Shown in pieces: positions 5,535-12,568 of a DNA stretch of 16,681 nt. The DNA comes from a virus. A program made the translations under genes and the position numbers. Position 1 is the first letter of the stretch; the number at the start of each line of letters is the position of its first letter. The stretch covers positions 1 through 16,681 of IMG/VR virus record IMGVR_UViG_3300045988_050197. One strand, written 5' to 3'. Below the pieces are notes generated by a model. It had not been told where the DNA came from and did no database searches. It saw nothing but the letters and a program-made list of their open reading frames with translations.

Positions 5535-5714
5535 ATGGAATTTGAATTTAAAGATATGAAATGTAAATGTGGTAGTAATAAATTTGCAATGATGAAAAAA
5601 GGGAGTCAAACAGGACTATATTGTGCTAGTTGTGGGAAATGGATAAAGTGGTTAAGTAAAGACGAGAAAAATTTAATTAAATTGAAATTAAATTCAATAT
5701 ATGGTATGAAATAA
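5535..5714 (+). CDS. Small zinc-ribbon protein (59 aa), absent from the ORF track
   Basis: The ATG at 5535 lies 8 nt after GAGG (5523-5526). My translation is MEFEFKDMKCKCGSNKFAMMKKGSQTGLYCASCGKWIKWLSKDEKNLIKLKLNSIYGMK. It has a CxC...CxxC pattern, and the stop is at 5712-5714. Confidence 0.55.
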   Translation: MEFEFKDMKCKCGSNKFAMMKKGSQTGLYCASCGKWIKWLSKDEKNLIKLKLNSIYGMK

Positions 5715-5758
5715 CATCTAGAGTGACATATATAGAGTGTTCATTATATGCAAATAGT

Positions 5759-5801
5759 AAAAAACAGAGGGAGAACTAAGTTCTTACCCTCTGTTTTATT
5801 T
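5759..5801. terminator. Bidirectional intrinsic terminator between the convergent early operon and ATPase gene
   Basis: Stem 5765-5776/5780-5793 (12 bp with a 2-nt bulge, 3-nt loop). It is flanked by A6 (5759-5764) and TTTTATTT (5794-5801), so either strand reads a hairpin followed by a U-run. Confidence 0.75.
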
Positions 5802-5918
5802 ATATCTGTAACTCATGTGTTATTCATTGCGTTCAGCGAAAACGACAAGTAACACAGGCTCTATACTTTCAAGAGTGCTATCCTATGTTCTCAATGATAA
5901 TCGCATGAGTAGATATAC

Positions 5919-6953
5919 TTAGTAACTAAGTGCGCTTAATGTGGCTTCTTTACATCTTAAATCTTTAAATCTAAAGCAACCACGTTCAAATAAATACCTA
6001 AGATTATTCAAAAAGAAATCGTTACGTTTTAACATAACATAATTGATTTCGTGATCGTCGGTAGTTACACTGATTTTTAAGCCAAAGGTGCGATCTGGTC
6101 TATCATCACAGTATAAGTAGCCATTCTCAGTAAATTCTCTTATACCGAACTCACAACCTTTATATTTAAGTGTGCAAAGGTATTTATTTTTTCCAGTAGG
6201 TCTTTCAATAAAACTCTGATTATCATTCAAATAAACACATTCACTACTATATCCAACATAACTGTCTTTCTTAAAAGCTCGGTTGAATCCACTGGTTTTC
6301 TGTGCTTCGCTTGCTGATTTATTGAATCCCTGTTCTAATACAAACCCGTCACCACGTAAAAATTTTGTATCTTTATGCAGTCTAGCACTAATCTCCATTT
6401 TTGTGTAATATGGATTGATAAGACTGACAGGATTCGCAATCATATACACAGGTACATAACGAACCTGTTTACCCTGTCCTCTTGCGATAGACGTATGAAT
6501 ACTGATGAACTTTCTTACTTCATCAGGACAATAGTGATTAGATTCGCTTTGAAATTCATCAAATTCTAGCCTAGAAATATCAGCAAATAAATGGCTGTAT
6601 TTTTTCAACTGATCCGCACTGTTTAAACTGATAGCATACCCACAGCTTTTTTCGTCTAAGAATAACTCATGAAAGATTCCACTCGCACGTCTTTTTGAAG
6701 TCATGGTATGTCCTATGAAGAAAAGACTGCCTATGTCTTTATAGAATTTATCTACCACGTTATCAAGTTCATAATTATAACGGTAAATAAGTCCAAACTT
6801 TTCGCCTTTATCAAGAAACCTGTTTATGCATAGTCTACTAAAATAAGTTGTCTTTCCTGCGGTTCGGTTGGAAGTAACCATATAGATTTCTGGTTTGTTA
6901 CCGTTGATATCTAACATTGACAATAATTTAGTACCGTCATAATATTTTGGCAT
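5919..6953 (-). CDS. DNA encapsidation (packaging) ATPase, phi29 gp16-like (344 aa)
   Basis: Walker A TSNRTAGKTT. Walker B LEFDEFQ. ANPVSLINPYY and GCFRFKD parallel recalled gp16 segments (NAVSVVNPYF, GYLRFDN). The ATG at 6953 is preceded by GAAAGGAG at 9-nt spacing. The tracked start at 7007 lacks an RBS. Confidence 0.9.
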   Translation of the reverse strand: MPKYYDGTKLLSMLDINGNKPEIYMVTSNRTAGKTTYFSRLCINRFLDKGEKFGLIYRYNYELDNVVDKFYKDIGSLFFIGHTMTSKRRASGIFHELFLDEKSCGYAISLNSADQLKKYSHLFADISRLEFDEFQSESNHYCPDEVRKFISIHTSIARGQGKQVRYVPVYMIANPVSLINPYYTKMEISARLHKDTKFLRGDGFVLEQGFNKSASEAQKTSGFNRAFKKDSYVGYSSECVYLNDNQSFIERPTGKNKYLCTLKYKGCEFGIREFTENGYLYCDDRPDRTFGLKISVTTDDHEINYVMLKRNDFFLNNLRYLFERGCFRFKDLRCKEATLSALSY

Positions 6954-6978
6954 ATCAAAAAACTCCTTTCCATACTTA

Positions 6979-7007
6979 ATTATAACACACCCATTGATTT
7001 TTAGCAA
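6979..7007 (-). promoter_or_regulatory. Promoter of the packaging ATPase gene (minus strand)
   Basis: On the minus strand: TTGCTA (7007-7002), 17-nt spacer ending TGt, TATAAT (6984-6979). Confidence 0.65.
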
Positions 7008-7022
7008 GTATTGTGATATAAT
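6994..7022 (+). promoter_or_regulatory. Late-operon promoter (plus strand)
   Basis: TTGATT (6994-6999), 17-nt spacer, TGa (7014-7016), TATAAT (7017-7022). It lies 30 nt upstream of the holin start. Confidence 0.65.
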
Positions 7023-7052
7023 AAAATTGAATTAAATAAGAAAGGAGATACC

Positions 7053-7400
7053 ATGGAAAACTTATATCCAATCTTTGTAGCGTTAGGGTTTAACGCCCTA
7101 GACGTACTAACCGGAATCGTGTCAGCCATAAAAAATAAAGACATTAAATCCACCAAACTACGTGACGGTCTTTTTAAAAAAGTGGGTTTTATTTTCTGTT
7201 ATTTTACGGCATGGTTAGTTGATGAATACGGTGGTGTTATAGGGTTCAAACTAGGTGTAGCAATATTACCAGTTATTGTCCTTTATGTATGCACGACCGA
7301 GCTAGTTTCAATACTAGAAAACATATCCAAAATTAACTCAGACCTTTTACCGAGCAAACTTATGGAACTTTTTCACGTTTCAAACACCAGAAAGGAGTAA
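7053..7400 (+). CDS. Holin (Phage_holin_4_1 / TcdE-like family)
   Basis: RBS AAAGGAG precedes the ATG. There are three hydrophobic segments. ALDVLTGIVSAIKNK...TELVSILENISK matches my recollection of the family signature. It lies directly upstream of the endolysin. Confidence 0.8.
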   Translation: MENLYPIFVALGFNALDVLTGIVSAIKNKDIKSTKLRDGLFKKVGFIFCYFTAWLVDEYGGVIGFKLGVAILPVIVLYVCTTELVSILENISKINSDLLPSKLMELFHVSNTRKE

Positions 7401-7403
7401 CAA

Positions 7404-8126
7404 ATGGCTGACATTAACAAAGCTGTTTCTTTCATGATTAACACAGCAAAGGACAATATTCATGGTTATGACCAACAGCACAGAAACGGTCCAGATTATG
7501 ACTGTAGTTCACTGGTAGGGGCAGCGTTATACTATGCAGGTTTTGCTGTTTCACCGTATTCATGGACTGGCAACTTAGAATCACAGTTAAGAAAAGCAGG
7601 TTTTGTCGATTGCAAAGCACCATGGAAAGCAGGTGATATTCATTTAAACAGAGGAAACCACGTATGTATGAGTATCAACGAAAACCAGATAGTTGAAGCG
7701 TCAATTAACGAAAAAGGAACAGCCACAGGTGGTAAAACTGGCGACCAGACAGGTAAAGAAATTCAGATTACTTCCTATTATAATTATTATCTAGGATGGG
7801 ATTTACACTTACGATTTACTGGTACAAACAATAACATCAATCAAGCTTATACGATTGAAGAAATAGCGCGTCAGGTTATTGCAGGTAAATGGGGTGTAGG
7901 TAACGAGAGAAAAAGACTCTTAGAAAAAGCTGGTTATAAATATGATGAAGTACAAAGCTATGTAAATGGACTCTTTACAAAAGGTGGTTATAAGTCGAAC
8001 GGTGAAGTTGCAAGAGAAGTTATTAAAGGTGTATGGGGCGTAGGAAAAGAAAGAAAAAACAGACTTGAAAAAGCGGGTTATGATTATAACGAGATTCAAA
8101 AACTCGTTAATCAGATGTTAGGTTAA
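7404..8126 (+). CDS. Endolysin: N-terminal cysteine amidase/peptidase (Amidase_5 / CHAP-NlpC-P60-like) plus two CW_7-like wall-binding repeats
   Basis: NGPDYDCSSLVGAALYYAGF resembles the catalytic-Cys region of phage Dp-1 Pal (GPDSYDCSSS). A His lies in GNHVCMS. Two ~40-aa repeats are present (nt 7851-7973 and 7998-8120): VIAGKWGVGNERKRLLEKAGYKYDEVQSYVN and VIKGVWGVGKERKNRLEKAGYDYNEIQKLVN. Confidence 0.85.
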   Translation: MADINKAVSFMINTAKDNIHGYDQQHRNGPDYDCSSLVGAALYYAGFAVSPYSWTGNLESQLRKAGFVDCKAPWKAGDIHLNRGNHVCMSINENQIVEASINEKGTATGGKTGDQTGKEIQITSYYNYYLGWDLHLRFTGTNNNINQAYTIEEIARQVIAGKWGVGNERKRLLEKAGYKYDEVQSYVNGLFTKGGYKSNGEVAREVIKGVWGVGKERKNRLEKAGYDYNEIQKLVNQMLG

Positions 8127-8130
8127 TACA

Positions 8131-9213
8131 ATGCCAGACATAAACAAAGCTTATTCATGGGCAATCGAAACGTGTAATGCCCCTAACGTGGGATACAGTC
8201 AGTCATATAGAAACGCCCAGACCGTAGGTGGCATTACATATTACGATTGCAGTTCTTTTATCAACTACGCACTCTTAGCAGGTGGATTTACAACACCGAA
8301 TTACGCGCCAAAATATAATGCATTTACAACTTATACCGAAGCAGACGTTTTACTTTCACTAGGTTTCAAAGAAGTTGATGCAAGTGGCGAATACTTATCA
8401 GGTGACATTGGTCTTTCAGTTTCCCATACAGAAATGTGCTATAAAGGTGGTAAGGGAAAAGGTGTGTTCATGGGGGCGCACACAGACAATGCACCATTAC
8501 AGCATCAAGTTAGCATAGGATCAACAACAGGAAATCAAAATTACGAAACATCATTCCCACGTTTATTTAGATACGGTGATGGTGGTGCATCTGGTTACGG
8601 ATGTAGTGCATACGTTGTATCAGCAATATGTGGCAATATGTGGCAGGAAAGTGGTGTAAACCCAGGAATGTGGGAAGGACAGAATGTTAGTTCATTTACG
8701 AGTTTAAATGTTGGTTTTGGGCTAGGACAATGGACAAACACTGGTGGAGATACGCATGGTAGACTTTATAAGTTACATGAATGGCTTCAAGAAAATGGGT
8801 ATCAAGACGATGATGGTAATGGGCAACTTCAATATTTAATTCACGAAAATGTATGGTATTCCAGAGATGAAGCTAGTCAATATGCTACGTTAACAGATTT
8901 TCTTACTTCCAGTAGTACAGATTTAGCTGAATTAACTCATGCTTTTAACGTAGGTTGGGAGGGAATACACGACCACACATGGGATTTCCGTGTAACCTAT
9001 GCAGAAAAATGTTATGACTTTATTACGAAACACGCTAATGACACCTCAATCAACAAATGGTTTTCAAAAAATGAGTTCTTATCAGTCGACGAAAGACTCA
9101 ACAATGCTGTTCTTATCTACAGATTCTTATCGGCAGGTGGTGGAGGTGGTGGTACGCACACTACAAAAAAGAAATCAATGCCAGTTTGGATGATGCTAAA
9201 ATATCATTATTAA
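8131..9213 (+). CDS. Virion-associated (tail) peptidoglycan hydrolase: cysteine amidase/peptidase domain plus phage tail lysozyme domain
   Basis: The N-terminus is paralogous to the endolysin (MPDINKAYSW...YYDCSSFINYALLAGGF, His in SHTEMC). The central part, ICGNMWQESGVNPGMWEG...GFGLGQWT, fits the phage tail lysozyme signature. The C-terminus carries a G6 tract and a 19-aa tail. Confidence 0.75.
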   Translation: MPDINKAYSWAIETCNAPNVGYSQSYRNAQTVGGITYYDCSSFINYALLAGGFTTPNYAPKYNAFTTYTEADVLLSLGFKEVDASGEYLSGDIGLSVSHTEMCYKGGKGKGVFMGAHTDNAPLQHQVSIGSTTGNQNYETSFPRLFRYGDGGASGYGCSAYVVSAICGNMWQESGVNPGMWEGQNVSSFTSLNVGFGLGQWTNTGGDTHGRLYKLHEWLQENGYQDDDGNGQLQYLIHENVWYSRDEASQYATLTDFLTSSSTDLAELTHAFNVGWEGIHDHTWDFRVTYAEKCYDFITKHANDTSINKWFSKNEFLSVDERLNNAVLIYRFLSAGGGGGGTHTTKKKSMPVWMMLKYHY

Positions 9214-9232
9214 GTTGAAAGGAGGTGATTAA

Positions 9233-9529
9233 ATGGCAGTAAAAACTAGAGAAGAAATTCTGGAAAGTTTCAGAACAAGACTAGGAGAAAATCCTGACGA
9301 CGATTCCATTTCGTTTTTAGAGGATGTTACCGACACACTGGATGACTTTGAAAAAAGAGCAAACGGTGACGGTACAGATTGGAAAAGCAAGTATGAAGAA
9401 AACGATGCAAATTGGAGAAAGAAATACACAGAAAGATTTTTCTCAGATGAACCAGAACCAGAATCAGAACCAGAGCCAAAACCAGATAATACCCCAAGTA
9501 CATTTTCAGATTTATTTAAGGAGATTTAA
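9233..9529 (+). CDS. Scaffolding protein (phi29 gp7 position; 98 aa)
   Basis: RBS AAGGAGGTGA precedes the ATG. The protein is small, acidic and predicted helical. It lies immediately upstream of the major capsid gene and is as long as I recall phi29 gp7 to be. Confidence 0.6.
   Translation: MAVKTREEILESFRTRLGENPDDDSISFLEDVTDTLDDFEKRANGDGTDWKSKYEENDANWRKKYTERFFSDEPEPESEPEPKPDNTPSTFSDLFKEI
9449..9484 (+). repeat. Imperfect hexanucleotide tandem repeat (GAACCA-like x6) encoding EPEPESEPEPKP
   Basis: Units gaacca, gaacca, gaatca, gaacca, gagcca, aaacca. They are in frame with the scaffold ORF. Confidence 0.9.
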
Positions 9530-9532
9530 AAG

Positions 9533-10942
9533 ATGGCTAGAAGAATTGCTAACAGTACGCTTAATGCGTCTACAATTGACATTATGAACGTTATCCGACA
9601 GAACGCTTCATATGATTATCAGCAGAACGTACCTGCTGTTGCAAAGGCAAGTGACATTCCTAAAGTCGGAGAAGTTATCTACGGTACACCTGCTTTCGCA
9701 AACCAGTTTATCAACGCACTTGTAAACAGAATTGCTATTGTGCGTGTGCAGTCTGCAAACTTTAACAATCCGTATTCTATTCTTAAAAAAGGGTATCTTG
9801 AGTTCGGTGAAACTGTAGAAGATATTTTTGTATCAATTGCAAAAGCAGTAGACTTTAGTGCAGAAAAAGCACCGAAGAGAGAGTTCCAGAGAAGTATTCC
9901 AGATGTTCGTTCAGCTTTCCACGTGATGAACTGGCGTGTGATGTACCCAGTAACCATTCAAGACGAAGATTTAAGGCAGGCATTTCTTAGTATTGATGGT
10001 GTACAGAATCTTATTGCTAAGATTGTTGATGCAGTTTACACAGGTGCAGAGTATGACGAGTTCCTACTCTTTAAGTACCTGTTGATTAAAGCAATCAGTC
10101 ATGGTAGAGTGCATCCAATCTCAATCGGTACTGGCGAAGTACTTACAGAAAGTGCAGTACAGTTCAGAGGTACTTCTAACTTATTACCATTTATGTCGAG
10201 TGAGTTCAATGAAGCAGGCGTTAAAACAAACACACCAAAAGAAAGACAGGTTATTTTCATGGACGCTATGTTCAATGCACAGTATGATGTGAATGTACTT
10301 GCAAGTGCTTTCAACATGGACAAAGCAGATTTTATGGGAAGACTGTTCCTTATTGATAACTGGTCAGAGTTCGACAATGAACGTTTTGACGTTATCAGAG
10401 CTAATTCTGATGGTATCGAAGAAGTTACCACTGAAGAACTTGCACTGTTGAAAAATGTAAAAGCTGTTATTCTGGATGAAAACTGGTTTCAGGTTTATGA
10501 CAACAATAACAAATTTACAGAGAAGTATGTAGCATCTGGTTTGTACTGGAATTATTTCTATCATACATGGAAAACAGTTTCCAATTCACCGTTCGCTAAC
10601 GCTTGTGTATTTGTAACAGATGATGCTACAATCACATTACCTGCAACAATCACAGCACATGTTGATGCTAAGGACGAAAGTGACATTGCTACGGTATTTA
10701 CGATCAGTCCAGACTTAGATGGTCAGAGCCTTGAACCGCACAATGTAAACTTTATTCAGACCGAAACTTTGACTACAGCAGGTATCGCAGTTCAGCCTTA
10801 TGGTGGCATTATGATTCCTAGCAATCAGTTAGATACAGAGATTACTCTGGTAGCAGAGATTAACGGTACTAAGTACACAGCTACTGCGACTATTACTGGT
10901 GCTACAACTGTTGACACAGCTATTACATTAAAAAAAGTGTAA
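9533..10942 (+). CDS. Major capsid protein (phi29 gp8-like, HK97 fold) with a C-terminal Ig-like domain
   Basis: NQFINALVNRIAIVRVQS, TIQDEDLRQAF, VNVLASAFNMDKADFMG and WFQVYDNNNKF...GLYWNYFYHTWKTVSNSPFANA parallel recalled gp8 segments. The last ~105 aa (nt ~10625-10939) are T/A/V-rich and beta-strand-like, as in the gp8 BIG2 domain. Confidence 0.93.
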   Translation: MARRIANSTLNASTIDIMNVIRQNASYDYQQNVPAVAKASDIPKVGEVIYGTPAFANQFINALVNRIAIVRVQSANFNNPYSILKKGYLEFGETVEDIFVSIAKAVDFSAEKAPKREFQRSIPDVRSAFHVMNWRVMYPVTIQDEDLRQAFLSIDGVQNLIAKIVDAVYTGAEYDEFLLFKYLLIKAISHGRVHPISIGTGEVLTESAVQFRGTSNLLPFMSSEFNEAGVKTNTPKERQVIFMDAMFNAQYDVNVLASAFNMDKADFMGRLFLIDNWSEFDNERFDVIRANSDGIEEVTTEELALLKNVKAVILDENWFQVYDNNNKFTEKYVASGLYWNYFYHTWKTVSNSPFANACVFVTDDATITLPATITAHVDAKDESDIATVFTISPDLDGQSLEPHNVNFIQTETLTTAGIAVQPYGGIMIPSNQLDTEITLVAEINGTKYTATATITGATTVDTAITLKKV

Positions 10943-11002
10943 TGATAAGGGTGTGTGGTGGTATTAAGTTACTGCCACGCATCAGTTAGAAAGGAATTTA
11001 TT

Positions 11003-12553
11003 ATGTATATATATCCTCAGACTAATATAAAGTTACTAAAAGATGTGCCACTAGATACAACATATGATCACACATTATGGTTTGACAATGCAAGCGCACA
11101 GTTCGAATATTTCAGTGCGTTGACAAAGTACAATATGAATAACTACAGTTATCAAAGGGTACAAAAAGGAGTAGCAAGAGTCGGCATTAAAGCTGACAGT
11201 CTTTATGATTGCAACTACATGATGTTTCAAAATTCAGCTTATGGTAATAAGTGGTTTTATGCTTTTATCACAAGTGTTGAATATGTGAATGACGTAACAT
11301 CTAACATTAGTTTTGAAATTGATGTCATGCAAACATGGTTATTTGACTGTTCACCAGATTATTGTTTTGTTGAAAGAGAACACTCAGAAAGTGACCAGAT
11401 AGGTGCTAACATTATACCAGAGAACCTTGACACTGGTGAATATGTATTTAATGACTATCAAGATTTAACGCCTGTGCTACAAGCTATGTGCGTTATAGTT
11501 ATGATATGCGATAATGCAGAAGATCCTAGTGGAAACATGATAGAGGGTATTTATAGTGGGTGTACACTTATGGCTTTTAACACAACTGATAAAGGTCTTG
11601 ATGCTTTAAACAAAACACTCTCGAATTTTAATCAAAAACCAGAAGCTATCGTTGGTATGTATATGTGTCCAGTTATCGCAACAGAGCAGACTATACCAGA
11701 CAAGGGTGAAATTTTAGGACGTTCATTTAAGGTTCATAGTTTTAATGTTGGAATTAAAGCTGTTACCACAAATGACAAACTAAATGGTTATAAGCCTAGG
11801 AATAATAAGTTATACACTTACCCATATAACTTTCTAAGTGTAGGAACTGGAAAAAATAATGCTGAATTTAGATACGAATTTTTTGATAATCTTGCAAACG
11901 CTTTCGAGTGCTATGTACCAGTACAAATGCCTATTCAGATTGCTCTAAGACCTAAAGGGTATAAAGGCGCAAAAGTTAGTGATACACTTAATAACGAAAC
12001 GTTAATTCTTGACGACTACACTATGTGCAGTTGGTCTACAGATTCGTTCAAAGCATGGGTTGCACAAAATGCTCTACCAATTGCAACAGTAGGTACGGCA
12101 GGTGCATCAGCACTAGGTTTGTCTGCTTTAGGTGTAAGCTTTCCACCTTTAGGCGTGTTAGCAGGCGTTGGAACTGTTATGAATATGCTATCACAAGGTT
12201 ATAAAGCGTCTATTAAGGCTGATGTTGCAAGAGGTAACATTAACAGCGGTAATATAGACATTGCAAGTAAGAAAAAATCTTTTTATGGCGGAAGAATGAG
12301 TGTAAGTTACCAATATGCTAGAATGATTGACGATTTCTTTACTAAGTTTGGTTACGCAACTAAGAGAGTAAAAATTCCTAACCGTAACAGTAGACCGCAT
12401 TGGAACTATGTGAAAACTGTTAGTGCTACAATGACAGGAAGTGTGCCGTCTGATGATATGAAAAAAATTTGTAGTATCTATGATAACGGTGTGACATTCT
12501 GGAAACATGGGTATGAAGTTGGTAGATACGACTTAGACAATAGTCCAGTGTAA
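11003..12553 (+). CDS. Tail knob / distal tube protein (phi29 gp9-like)
   Basis: YMMFQNSAYGNKWFYAFITSVEY...FEIDVMQTWLFD and FFTKFGYATKRVKIPNRNSRPHWNYVKT...IYDNGVTFWKH closely parallel recalled gp9. The ATG at 11003 follows GAAAGGAA. The tracked GTG at 10955 lacks an RBS and runs through a hairpin. Confidence 0.92.
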   Translation: MYIYPQTNIKLLKDVPLDTTYDHTLWFDNASAQFEYFSALTKYNMNNYSYQRVQKGVARVGIKADSLYDCNYMMFQNSAYGNKWFYAFITSVEYVNDVTSNISFEIDVMQTWLFDCSPDYCFVEREHSESDQIGANIIPENLDTGEYVFNDYQDLTPVLQAMCVIVMICDNAEDPSGNMIEGIYSGCTLMAFNTTDKGLDALNKTLSNFNQKPEAIVGMYMCPVIATEQTIPDKGEILGRSFKVHSFNVGIKAVTTNDKLNGYKPRNNKLYTYPYNFLSVGTGKNNAEFRYEFFDNLANAFECYVPVQMPIQIALRPKGYKGAKVSDTLNNETLILDDYTMCSWSTDSFKAWVAQNALPIATVGTAGASALGLSALGVSFPPLGVLAGVGTVMNMLSQGYKASIKADVARGNINSGNIDIASKKKSFYGGRMSVSYQYARMIDDFFTKFGYATKRVKIPNRNSRPHWNYVKTVSATMTGSVPSDDMKKICSIYDNGVTFWKHGYEVGRYDLDNSPV

Positions 12554-12568
12554 TAAGGTGGTGATAAA

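Noticed and set aside
5723-5750. GTGACA-16-TATATG promoter-like match after the zinc-ribbon ORF
   Set aside because: The -10 is weak (4/6). It lies immediately upstream of the terminator it would fire into, so it has no plausible transcript.
6954-7007. 18-codon N-terminal extension of the ATPase ORF (tracked start 7007)
   Set aside because: It would start inside the promoter region with no RBS. The internal ATG at 6953 has GAAAGGAG upstream, and MPKYYDGTKLLS aligns with the gp16 N-terminus.
9324-9587. 87-aa plus-strand ORF with an NQNQNQNQSQNQ repeat, overlapping the scaffold and capsid genes
   Set aside because: It is an alternative frame of the GAACCA hexanucleotide repeat. It spans the scaffold stop and the capsid start without any RBS. 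I saw no slippery heptamer that would suggest frameshifting.
12191-12508. 105-aa minus-strand ORF inside the tail knob gene
   Set aside because: It is antisense to the most gp9-conserved C-terminal segment, with no translation signals.
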